A stretch of 64,000 nt of DNA, from positions 1 to 64,000 of the forward strand of contig CAWEJX010000009.1 of the NCBI GenBank assembly GCA_963809485.1. The letters are read 5' to 3'. Position 1 is the first letter of the stretch. Every line of letters begins with the position of its first letter. The DNA comes from an uncultured Acidobacteriota bacterium. GTDB taxonomy: Bacteria; Acidobacteriota; UBA6911. Shown one piece after another: positions 30,009 through 39,406 of the stretch. Below the pieces are notes generated by a model. It searched no databases, was not told the origin of the DNA, and saw only the letters and a program-made list of their open reading frames with translations. The position numbers and the translations under genes were made by a program.

Positions 30009-30557
30009 ATGAAGAAGCTATTGCTGATTTTTGGGGTTGTGGTCCTGAGCATGTCCTCTGCCCTGGCAGGCGAGTCGTACACGGCAACCGCAATAGGAAA
30101 GGTTGACGGCATCGAAAAGAGGGTCAAAGCCACGATCACCATAGATCGATTGTCGACGCAATCCGAGAAAGATGAGGCACGCGCGGCGCTCAATGCCGGC
30201 GGCACAACGAGCCTTGCCGCCAGGCTAAACTTGATGCCCGTCGTGGGCAAATTGATCTTCGAGGATGGGCGGGCTTTCGACCTCAAGCTGACCAACCAGA
30301 TTGGGACTTTGGGTGGTGGACGCTTCTTGACTGTAATTACGTCCAAGCCGATTTCGTTCCTCGGCGCCGACAAGCCCGGCTCGAAACTGACGGAGGGCTT
30401 CGGTGTGGGAGTGATCGATCTCAGCCTCCAGGCGGACGGACATGGCAAAGGCACTGCGGCTCCCGCCGCAAAGGTCAAGATTGGGGATACGGGCGGCTTT
30501 CAGGTGGAGGACTACGGATCCAAGACGATCTGGCTCGAAGATGTTAAGAAAATATAG
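30009..30557 (+). CDS. Exported hypothetical protein
   Basis: AAGGA RBS and signal peptide MKKLLLIFGVVVLSMSSALA. Confidence 0.75.
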   Translation: MKKLLLIFGVVVLSMSSALAGESYTATAIGKVDGIEKRVKATITIDRLSTQSEKDEARAALNAGGTTSLAARLNLMPVVGKLIFEDGRAFDLKLTNQIGTLGGGRFLTVITSKPISFLGADKPGSKLTEGFGVGVIDLSLQADGHGKGTAAPAAKVKIGDTGGFQVEDYGSKTIWLEDVKKI

Positions 30558-30642
30558 AAAAAATGGGGCTATATCCCCACTGTCCACCTTGATCCCAAAT
30601 ACAGTGGACAGTAAAAAAATCCGATCCTGAAAACCGAAAGGA

Positions 30643-30897
30643 TCAAATTGGCGGGATATGCACATCCTTCATGGCAGAGCGAGCCCCAACAATAATGACA
30701 GCAACAGCGATTCCCACTCCAATTCCGACTTTTACTGCGGTGCTCATCCCTTTTGGCTTTACCTTGCGGATATCAAAATACGTCAGTTGCATCGGGATGG
30801 CTGCAGCGCCACCTGCCAGGGCAAACCCGTCCCCCGATATATTCGTAACATGGCCGCTGAATTTCCGCCCGTTCTTCGGCGGATTGCGTTGAAACAA
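30643..30897 (-). pseudogene. Fragment of a membrane-anchored hypothetical protein (5' part missing)
   Basis: KNGRKFSGHVTNISGDGF...VGIGVGIAVAVIIVG C-terminal TM; no good start. Confidence 0.4.
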
Positions 30898-31038
30898 TAC
30901 GAGGCTTGAAGCGCAGATGCCCGAAAAAGGAGCAGCTTATATCCCCTTGCCAGTTGCTCCTGTAATCCGATATTCGAAATTCGGGATCCGGCGATATCGG
31001 CCGCAAACCTCGAATCTCGAATCTCCAGTCGGAAAGCA

Positions 31039-31680
31039 TCAGTCGATGGTGCCGGGACCGTCATAGGCGGCAAACACCTTTTCGGCGCCATAGACTCCGT
31101 TGAAATAGGGTGCAAGCATCAATGCGCTGAACATCATCGGCTTGCGGAGAACCTTAATTTCAAGGGGGCAATGCTGAAGTCCCCTGGGGATATAAAGGAT
31201 AGTAGCCTTGTTGATGACGTGTTTCTCCAGCTCTTCTCCAAGGAACAACTCGATTTCGCCGTCGAAGGAGCCAATCAGATCCGGCAGCGAGGCGCCCAGA
31301 AAGATCAGGTATTCGTCAACGTCGTGTTTGTGAAAAGTCCTTTCCAGCCGCATAGGTCTCACAAACAATTGCCAGCCGATATTGATTCCGGCTCCCGGAA
31401 GCTCGCTCTGGCCCCGGAAGTATGCCTGGGGGCCGTCGACCGCCGGCAGATTAGATTTTTCCTTAAATCTTGTGCAGAAGAGTTTGTCATACTTGGTGCC
31501 TGTGGTCCCCGTCGGCCAGGGCATCTCGGGAAACGGGCTTTTGGCGGCCGGCTTCTTGCCTTCCTGAGCCAGAGCGGGAGCACCCAATTGGGCTAAAGCG
31601 CTGGCCACCGCTATCCCTGCCGTACCTGCCGTCACATCCTGGAAAAACGCCCTTCGAGTTTTACTGTCCTTGCTGCTCAT
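31039..31680 (-). CDS. Tat-exported cupin-like protein
   Basis: TRRAFF signal with an ALA cleavage site. Cupin motifs HKHDVDEYLIFLG and YIPRGLQHCPL. Confidence 0.8.
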   Translation of the reverse strand: MSSKDSKTRRAFFQDVTAGTAGIAVASALAQLGAPALAQEGKKPAAKSPFPEMPWPTGTTGTKYDKLFCTRFKEKSNLPAVDGPQAYFRGQSELPGAGINIGWQLFVRPMRLERTFHKHDVDEYLIFLGASLPDLIGSFDGEIELFLGEELEKHVINKATILYIPRGLQHCPLEIKVLRKPMMFSALMLAPYFNGVYGAEKVFAAYDGPGTID

Positions 31681-31918
31681 CGGTACTCTCCTTTCGAAAA
31701 GAACACGTCTGCAAACTCCATGGATCGGGTTCGGGATTGAGCGTCAAAGTACAAGCATGCAGCCGCAGGCAGGCTCCCATGGCCAGACAGTATCCAGCCG
31801 GCATGGAGCCCGCCCCGGCGGATCCGGTAAAATAACACATCCCGCCTCTATGTCTGCCGATGAACGCAATGCGTTTCGGCAGTGCACGTCACTTCACGGC
31901 AGGCTTTACTGATGCCAC

Positions 31919-32464
31919 CTAGCCGACCCTGGCATCGATGAAGACGATAGGCTTGCCAACTCGTTTAACGACCAATGGGCAGTGAGGCGTGTTTTTGGGA
32001 ATATAGAAATAGCAGGAATAGTTGACCTTTCTGACCTTGTCGCCCAGAAACATTTCAGCATCCGCATCGAATTCGAGAAAATTTTTGCCATCGCCCCCGA
32101 TGAGGAATATCCACTGGTCATGAGTGTGTGAATGAGTATCGCCGCCCAATGTTTCAGGCCTTTCAATATAGGCAAACCCAATCGCCAGGCTGGATCCCGG
32201 AACGTCTTTGGCACCCCACGCCGTAATCATGGGGGCCGTAATCGAGGCGTGCATTGATTTCCACGGCTTAAATTCAACGACGTTGGGTTCCCTCAGGACA
32301 TTTGCAAGTTTGCTCATGTCAAAGGATTCGTAGGTTGGCTTCTGAGGACCCATCATTGCTGAGGCATTCAATGCGGATAAGACACTGGCAAAAGCCACTC
32401 CGGCGGCTCCAGCCGATACATCCTGAAAGAAATTCCGTCGGTCCGTTCGCTTCTTATAGGTCAT
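31919..32464 (-). CDS. Tat-exported cupin-like protein (tandem paralog)
   Basis: DRRNFF signal, HSHTHDQWIFLIG, YIPKNTPHCPL. Confidence 0.8.
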   Translation of the reverse strand: MTYKKRTDRRNFFQDVSAGAAGVAFASVLSALNASAMMGPQKPTYESFDMSKLANVLREPNVVEFKPWKSMHASITAPMITAWGAKDVPGSSLAIGFAYIERPETLGGDTHSHTHDQWIFLIGGDGKNFLEFDADAEMFLGDKVRKVNYSCYFYIPKNTPHCPLVVKRVGKPIVFIDARVG

Positions 32465-32726
32465 CTGTTTTCTCCCCTGAAGAATTGTTGCCCGATTCAT
32501 GAAAGATGCTGCGCAGAATCATTGGGCCAGTTTCAGGCACCCATGCTCCTGAGATAACTTCTTTCAATGGTTTTGATTGCCTGGTCACAGAAGGCCTATT
32601 ATAGGGGGTGGGTGCGGATGACGAAAGCTAAATAAGCAAAAAAATGGGGCCGTGTCTCCACGGTCCACGTCGGACGTCCCCAATGCGAAGTGCATGAGAA
32701 CACCGATGATTCAGCGGCGGCTGCCT

Positions 32727-33725
32727 CTATTTTTCGCGAATATCGGGCTGCTGGGAAGCGCCGGATGCAGGTTTTGCCTCCGGTGCCGGATCCGCGCTTC
32801 CCTCGGTCTCTTTCTCCAAGACCTCGGGCTTCGCGATCTTTTGCATGGTTTCCACACTAAACAGTTCGAACTCCGAATATAGATGCGTATTACGGAGAAC
32901 TTTGCCTTCCCATTGGAGGGTAACAATCGCCTGCTTCGGCAACCAGAATTTTTGTGCCGACCGATTCAGCCGGACCTCGTCGAACTCTATCTCCGTCCTT
33001 TGTTTTTCCAGCCGGATGAGGGGGAGAGGCTCCAGAAGGTCTGAGACAATGCGCACAATTTGATTCGTCTCCGCGTCAATCCATGCCATCCCCTGTTTGA
33101 ATATCGTGCCTGTGTTTTGCCGGAGCCTATAGGTTCCAAAAAGCCGGGATTGCGCGGGAATTTGCGCATAACCTACTACAAGGGTATCGCGGCTTCCCAG
33201 TTTCTGACGCCCGAGCAGCCGGAAGGAACTTCCCTTTTGATGGGCCGGGTGGAATATCAATGGAGCCGAAATGAATCCTGAGGTCAGCATGTAGCCTTCC
33301 TTCGAGCCCGGCGGCGAAATCTCGCGTCCCTTGGCATCCGATCGATATTCGATGAAGGATGGCCCCCATTTTTCGGTCGTGGCTATGCCCAGATAGAGAC
33401 ACTTGAATCTCAGGCTCGAACGGACCTCCCCTTCATGATTTAACTTCTGCAGAAGAACATTCTCCACGACAGAAATATTAAGAAGGTCGGCGAAAAGCCT
33501 GGAGACATTCTTCCCTCCGGCAGTGAGGATTTGACTGAGCGGCGCCTGGTCGTCGGACGGTTCAAAGCCCGGCAGATTCTTCGGTGCCTGGTGAATGTAA
33601 TCGATGGATTGTTCGTCCTGGTCTTCAGCCCATGGATTTGTGTTGGCGACCTCAGGGATGACCGGAATCGCCGGAAGCAAGATAAATAACGCACAGCAGA
33701 GAATGAGTCCGTATCCATATCTCAT
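32727..33725 (-). CDS. Exported hypothetical protein (beta-sheet-rich, LolA-like fold possible)
   Basis: Signal peptide; QGMAWIDAETNQIVRI and FWLPKQAIV pattern. Confidence 0.65.
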   Translation of the reverse strand: MRYGYGLILCCALFILLPAIPVIPEVANTNPWAEDQDEQSIDYIHQAPKNLPGFEPSDDQAPLSQILTAGGKNVSRLFADLLNISVVENVLLQKLNHEGEVRSSLRFKCLYLGIATTEKWGPSFIEYRSDAKGREISPPGSKEGYMLTSGFISAPLIFHPAHQKGSSFRLLGRQKLGSRDTLVVGYAQIPAQSRLFGTYRLRQNTGTIFKQGMAWIDAETNQIVRIVSDLLEPLPLIRLEKQRTEIEFDEVRLNRSAQKFWLPKQAIVTLQWEGKVLRNTHLYSEFELFSVETMQKIAKPEVLEKETEGSADPAPEAKPASGASQQPDIREK

Positions 33726-34063
33726 GATGGACGCCTTTTATCTCAAAAGTATCGAGAGGACAGGCCCCCGAAGCCCCGCTTCATCCGGTTATAACAACCT
33801 AACCTTTGAATGCTGCCGGAATACCTGGAAAAATCCTGGTTTAATACTGTGCAGCTTCAGCACCAGGGCGCACGCTTAACCTTATGTCGCCAAAAGCGAA
33901 GAGTTTTAAAGATCTCCAGGTCAGGTACAGATTCCGGATTTTCCTGGGAACGTGATTTGTATATCGGATCCAAAGTTTATTCCCAACCGGAGCCGCAATC
34001 AACATTGGCAATGTTTATGAGTAATTCAACCACCAGCTGCGAAGGCGGCAATCACCGATGTAT

Positions 34064-35020
34064 TTATTTGCGGAGCTGCTTGAGCACCTCTTTTGCGCGG
34101 GGGGTCATCGGGCTCTCCGGATTTTCTTTCAGGTAGGTTTCAAGTTCCAGAATGGCCTTGGAAACCTCTCCAGCATTGCTATAAAGATCGGCGAGCAGAA
34201 GGCGGACCTTGGGCGAGGCGTTTTTGCGCTCCAGGGCCAGCCTGCCCATGGCGATGCCTTTCTCCCATTGGCCCATCTTGCCGTAGCACATGCCCAGTTC
34301 GTAGGGCCACTGCCAGCTTTCCGGATCCTCCCGGAAGGGTTTGAGCAGCAGACGCTCGGCCTCTTCGTAATGCTGCCGGAAGATCAAAAGCTCAGAGAGC
34401 GGGTAATAGGGGTCAAAGAATCCTGGATTGATTTCGATGGCCTTGCGCAGTGAAGATTCCCCGTCCGAGGCATTGCCCGTTTTGAGATGGGCCATTCCGA
34501 GCATGTAATAGGCTTCGTAGTAGTTTGGAAAAGCATCGATGGCTTTCTGGAAATGGCGGAGGCTTCCCCTGGGATCATTCTTGCTTCCCATCAGATCCAG
34601 GCCGGTTTTGAACTCCCTGCGGGCCGCCTCCGGGATGGCCAATAAGCGTGCCGAAATCACTCCACCGGGCGGCTCATCTTTGGCCGGCATTCTCTTCATG
34701 CGCACCCAGATTGTCGGAGCTTCCATGGATAAGCGGCTGCGGTCGACCGATTCCTCGTACGGTTGATATCCATTCTTGGTTGCGCGCAACAGAAACAGGT
34801 TCTGTTCGACACGCCGGAACTCCACACTGCCGGTGTTGTTTGTAAAAGCCATTTGGGCGATCGTATCCGGGAAGATCACAATCTCAACCCGAGCTTGTTC
34901 CAGCTCCGATCCTGTGTCCTGGTCCGAAATGCGAACTATCAGGTCTTGGGCACACGCAATGCCGGAAAGGCCCAGCAATCCAAACCAGAAAATTGCGGCA
35001 CGCAGGATTTTTGTGGGCAT
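34064..35020 (-). CDS. Exported carboxypeptidase-regulatory-like domain plus TPR-repeat protein
   Basis: Signal peptide, N-terminal beta domain, ISARLLAIPEAARREF linker, several TPR helices. Confidence 0.8.
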   Translation of the reverse strand: MPTKILRAAIFWFGLLGLSGIACAQDLIVRISDQDTGSELEQARVEIVIFPDTIAQMAFTNNTGSVEFRRVEQNLFLLRATKNGYQPYEESVDRSRLSMEAPTIWVRMKRMPAKDEPPGGVISARLLAIPEAARREFKTGLDLMGSKNDPRGSLRHFQKAIDAFPNYYEAYYMLGMAHLKTGNASDGESSLRKAIEINPGFFDPYYPLSELLIFRQHYEEAERLLLKPFREDPESWQWPYELGMCYGKMGQWEKGIAMGRLALERKNASPKVRLLLADLYSNAGEVSKAILELETYLKENPESPMTPRAKEVLKQLRK

Positions 35021-35322
35021 CGGGCCGGTTCGCAATATGCGGCATCCATCAAAAACAGCTCCCATATGCTTCACCCGTCCACACAGTGGATTTGAACTAT
35101 ATTATTTGCCCTGATCCCGTTTTTCGTCAAGGCAGCCCGGAGAGCATCTGTAAAAGGGCCGGATCGCGACAGAAAAAAAGGTGGTTTCATGCGCGATAGG
35201 TGTCTTTAAAGCCTTTTGAACAGCAGAATGTCGAATGATGAAGATCCATACGGCAGTGCCTTTTTGCGGCGTTCCTCGGCGACTGTCCGCGCATGTCAGC
35301 GTAAATGGATCCATGAAGCCTG

Positions 35323-36726
35323 CTACGTCACGATTTCCAATTCCCTCCGTCTAGTCAACTCCCGTTCATTCTCCAGCACCTTCCGGCGATCCAGAGGATA
35401 AAGGAAAAGAGAAATTCCTTTGCCCACCGCAAGGAATGCCGGGATGACCGAGAACATCAGTAGTATTCCCCACAGAGATTTTTCCGGCTGCGGCTGATTG
35501 GCCACAAAGCCGAACCAACTCAGCAGCCGTCCGCCCAGGAGGCCGGCAATCATGGTTCCGGTTTTGAGGGCAAACAAGGAAGCGGAATGGATGAGTCCGG
35601 TGGATCGCCGCCCAAACAGGACCTGGCCGTAATCTGCCACATCCCCGTACATCGACCACACCAGCGCCGAGGTCGGGCCTATCATGAACGAGCCCACCGC
35701 ATTGATGGCCAGCATTAAGCCGTACATGTGGACGGGAATGAAGTAGAACGAAAACCAGCAGACGGCTGTTCCCATCGTCAGAAATACCGACAGGTGCTTC
35801 TTGTCGAGAAACCGTATCAGGAATCCGACACACAATACTCCGAGCATCATCATGAACCGGCCCAGACTCAGGAAAAGCGATGTACGGTCCATCCCCAGGA
35901 AAATCGCCTCGTTGCCTGCCCTGACCACGTACTTAAAAAAATGCAAGGTAACCGAATCGCGCATGGCGATGAACGTAGTGGAAAAAATCGAAGCAAAGAA
36001 CAGTATTATCCATGGACGATTTTGTATCAATTCCTTGAGTTCTTCTTTAATATTTTGCCGCTGCCCCGCCGGAGGCTGGACGCGCTCCTTTGTCGTAAGG
36101 AACGTAATCCAGAAGAGTATTACGGACGCCAGCGCAAACAAACCCATGGTGTACTGAAATCCCCGCAGCTCGTTCCCGGCGCCCAGCTTTTCCACCAGGG
36201 CGCGAACAAACATCGATATCAGCAGCCCTCCTCCGTAGGCGCCCACGAAGCGGAAATGCGAAGCGATGGTCCGGGCATAGGACGACGGACTCAAGACTCC
36301 CATCAGGGACGAATAGGGGACATTGATGGCGGTATACGCCATCATCATCATCGTGTAGGTGAAGTAGGCGTAAACGATCCTGGAGGTGCCCTCCAGGTCG
36401 GGATTGGCAAAAATCAGGTAGCCGAATACCCCATATGGGACTGCCATCCAGAGCAGGTACGGCCGGTATTTGCCCCACCTCGTTTTCGTCCGGTCGCAAA
36501 TGATGCCCATGATGGGATCATTGATCGCGTCCCAAAGGCGCGTAAGGAAGAACATTGTTCCTGCAACGGCTGCGTCGATTCCGAAAACGTCCGTGTAGTA
36601 GTAGAGCAGGAAGATATTGAAGGTTTGGAAAAAGAAGTTTGAGGCCGTGTCGCCGAGTCCGAATCCTACGTTTTCAAGGAACGACAGCCTCCGGTGCGGG
36701 CCGGATTTACCGGGATTTTCGGGCAT
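35323..36726 (-). CDS. MFS glycoside-pentoside-hexuronide (GPH):cation symporter
   Basis: GFGLGDTASNFF, RLWDAINDPIMG...DRTKTRWGKYRPYLL, NVPYSSL; about 12 TM segments. Confidence 0.92.
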   Translation of the reverse strand: MPENPGKSGPHRRLSFLENVGFGLGDTASNFFFQTFNIFLLYYYTDVFGIDAAVAGTMFFLTRLWDAINDPIMGIICDRTKTRWGKYRPYLLWMAVPYGVFGYLIFANPDLEGTSRIVYAYFTYTMMMMAYTAINVPYSSLMGVLSPSSYARTIASHFRFVGAYGGGLLISMFVRALVEKLGAGNELRGFQYTMGLFALASVILFWITFLTTKERVQPPAGQRQNIKEELKELIQNRPWIILFFASIFSTTFIAMRDSVTLHFFKYVVRAGNEAIFLGMDRTSLFLSLGRFMMMLGVLCVGFLIRFLDKKHLSVFLTMGTAVCWFSFYFIPVHMYGLMLAINAVGSFMIGPTSALVWSMYGDVADYGQVLFGRRSTGLIHSASLFALKTGTMIAGLLGGRLLSWFGFVANQPQPEKSLWGILLMFSVIPAFLAVGKGISLFLYPLDRRKVLENERELTRRRELEIVT

Positions 36727-36780
36727 GCAGGCACTCCGCCATTCAGGCTCGAGACAACAAGCGGATATTGAAAGAGCGCG

Positions 36781-36809
36781 ATCCTACTATCGCATGAACA
36801 GAGCGTCAA
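36781..36809 (-). promoter_or_regulatory. Putative sigma70 promoter for the GPH transporter
   Basis: TTGACG-N17-TAGGAT on the minus strand. Confidence 0.5.
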
Positions 36810-36862
36810 CGGATGCAAGGGTCCACCAGAGAACCCGGAGCTTTTTGTCAACCGGCAGCTGC

Positions 36863-38197
36863 CTACAATTGCTTTAGCAATTGCTGGGCCGCGATATGAA
36901 TGGGGTCCCACGCCGGGCTGAAAGGAGGCGCATAGGCAAAATCCAGATAGGCGATCTCATCAAGCCGCATACCGGTCCAGAGGGCGCAGGAAAGGGTATT
37001 GATCCTTTCTACGGCGCCTCTGGCGCCGACAGCCTGGGCCCCCAGGAGCATCCCTGTCGCCCGGTCGGCCACCATCTTGATGCCCAGCCTTTTTTCCCCG
37101 GGAAACGAACGGGCGATCGCGTCTCCCCAGATAATCGTGCTCACGGGGTGGTATCCGCATTCCTTCGCTTCGCGTTCATCGATGCCGACGGCAGCCACTC
37201 CGAGGTCGAATACCTTAAAGGACTGCGCACCCACGACTCCCGGGAATATCATGGATCCGCCCCCTACATTGATCCCTGCCACGCGTCCCTGCTTATTGGC
37301 GACATCTCCCAGGGGGATGTGCGTCCACTGCCTGCTCACGCGATGGTACACCTCGCAGCAGTCCCCCACCGCGTATATGTTTTCATCCGAAGTTTTCTGG
37401 GAAAAATTAACCAGGATTGCCCCTGATTTGCCCATCCGCAGGCCGGCGTCGACTGCCAGTTTGGTATTCGGTCTGATACCGATGGCGATGAGAACCAGAT
37501 CCGCCTCCATGAAACCGTTGTTTGTATTCAGGCGAAGACGGTAGTCCTTAGCTGCCTCAATCGAAGACATGCCCGTATTGGGAGAGAAGCCCACCTCGTG
37601 GCGGACCATCTCTTCATGAATTATTTTTGAAAACTCGGGGTCCCATCTCCTCGCGGGGCGCCCAGCAAGATCCATGACCTCCGTGGCGACATTCAGGCCT
37701 CTCAATGCCTCGCACATCTCGAGCCCGATGAAACCGGCCCCGACGATCAGCGCCTTCCTGCATTGCTTTTCCCTTAAATAGTTCTTGATAGCAATGGCAT
37801 CGGGAAGCGTTTTGAGCACAAAAACACCTTCCATTCCCACGCCGGGAACAATCGGGACAAATGCGGTCGTTCCCGTTCCCAGAACAAGGCTGTCGTAAGG
37901 TACCATGGCTCCATCGGACAGCCGCACGGCTTGTTTCTCCCTGTCGACCTCTTCGGCCCGGACGTCCAGCCGCACGTCCACCCCTGTTTCCCTGAATTTT
38001 TCAGGCGTCCTTGCGATAAGATTTTTGGAATCTTTTATTACATCACCGATGTAATAGGGCATGGGTCAAGCCGCGGTGGATACATTTTTCCCCTGCTCTA
38101 TCATTATTACCGAAAGGGCCGGGTTGCGCCGTTTCGCTTCAGCCGCAACCGAAGCCCCGCCGGCGCCGCCTCCGATGATGACAAGATTCCCGCTCAT
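36863..38197 (-). CDS. CoA-disulfide reductase / NADH oxidase family flavoprotein with selenocysteine at the redox-active site (TGA 38068-38066)
   Basis: MSGNLVIIGGGAGG...EQGKNVSTAA-TGA-PMPYYIG corresponds to the SxxxC(G)LPYY active-site motif. Also GAGFIGLE, YAVGDC, YAPPFS. GGAGG RBS and a SECIS-like hairpin. Confidence 0.9.
38036..38056 (-). promoter_or_regulatory. Putative SECIS hairpin
   Basis: Perfect 9-bp stem TATTACATC/GATGTAATA with a GGT loop 18 nt after the TGA. Confidence 0.78.
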
Positions 38198-38242
38198 GGC
38201 AGCCTCCTGGTTTCCGGATCCTCCAGCAATTCCATAATAACA

Positions 38243-38640
38243 GTCAAGCCCCTCCGGCAAAGCCGGAGGCTTGAAAGATTGGAACCGCTCAAAGCGGTTG
38301 GCGGAGTTACGCTGGTCTTGAACGCTGACTTACGCGGGCAAAAGCCGATGAGGCGCTTCCGATCCCCGCAGGGGCCAGCGCTCCGCGCTGGACAGTTTTC
38401 TGCGGCGGCACTGTGGCAAACGCCCGGTTTCTCGTAACCTCCATCTCCTTGCCGCACGGCGCTTGCCACAGTGCCGCCGCAGAAAACTCCATCGGAAGCG
38501 CCTCATCGGCTTTTGCTCGCCGACCCTCGCCGAACGAATCGGCGTTTGTCAGCCCTTTTGTCAGCGTATCTCAGCGTTTCAAAATACGGAGCTGTCAAAC
38601 TCAATAAGTCCCCCGGCAGAGCCGGGCGTTTACCAATAAA
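38243..38640 (-). mobile_element. IS200/IS605-type non-autonomous element, copy D, 398 bp
   Basis: Same ends and cruciform. Preceded by TGAT, one mismatch to TAAT. The right end is 45 bp from the CoADR start. Confidence 0.8.
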
Positions 38641-38865
38641 ATCACCGACCCGGGCTGTTCTCGCATCCATTGGCCGGCGTTCACCCATTTTTTTATCAGC
38701 GCATTTCAACACTCTTTGAGCCGATGGTTCCATAGCACGACTATGACATGAACACGCCCTGCCGCGCAATGCAAGCAGACGTTTGTGTGAGACCTCCGGA
38801 TGCTTTATGATGAAGGCCAGTTATTTGCCGCAAACGCTCCAAATCATCCGGGGAGGTTAGTCGAA

Positions 38866-39378
38866 ATGGCCGAATCAAAATTTGAAAAATATGTAGTAAG
38901 GAAACCGGCGGTCGTCGTCCGCGTTGGGGACGACTATATCGATCAGATCCCGAAAACCGATGAAATCCCCGCACTCAACGCTGTGAATACCGGTCCGAGA
39001 GTAATTTTCTCCAACGACCTCATCGCCAACGCGAAAACAAAAGTCGAATACGGCTATATTACGGGAGACACATCCGTCGGAAACGGCGAAGATTTCGTGC
39101 CTCACAAACATGACTACGAAGAAATTTTTCTTTTCCTGGGCACCGATCCGAAAGACACGGGGAAGCTGGGAGCCGAAGTCGAGTTCTGGCTGGGGGAAGG
39201 CAAGGACCTTGAAAAGGTGGTTTTTACCACTTCATCCGCCGTATATGTGGCTCCCGGGGTGGCCCATTTCCCGCAAATATGGAAAAACGTGAAGCGCCCG
39301 GTGATGACGATGGTAATCATGCCGACGACGGGTGAGCGCCACCTGGAGCCGGTACCTATGAAAGATCGTAAAACATAA
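38866..39378 (+). CDS. Cytoplasmic cupin-like protein (same family as the 31039 and 31919 genes)
   Basis: PHKHDYEEIFLFLG, AEVEFWLG, YVAPGVAHFP. GGAGG RBS, no signal peptide. Confidence 0.8.
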   Translation: MAESKFEKYVVRKPAVVVRVGDDYIDQIPKTDEIPALNAVNTGPRVIFSNDLIANAKTKVEYGYITGDTSVGNGEDFVPHKHDYEEIFLFLGTDPKDTGKLGAEVEFWLGEGKDLEKVVFTTSSAVYVAPGVAHFPQIWKNVKRPVMTMVIMPTTGERHLEPVPMKDRKT

Positions 39379-39406
39379 GCCGCATCCACCCATATCGAGG
39401 TGATCG

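Noticed and set aside
14520-38068. Genome-wide UGA reassignment (Trp/Gly; genetic code 4 or 25)
   Set aside because: TGA terminates ordinary genes here (sppA, E1alpha), TGG is used for Trp, and read-through TGAs occur only at Cys-equivalent sites with hairpins.
13094-38640. CRISPR array or IscB/TnpB omegaRNA locus
   Set aside because: The repeats are dispersed with no repeat-spacer periodicity, and no cas, tnpB or iscB gene is present. Only the generic IS200/IS605 end hairpin is shared with omegaRNA loci.
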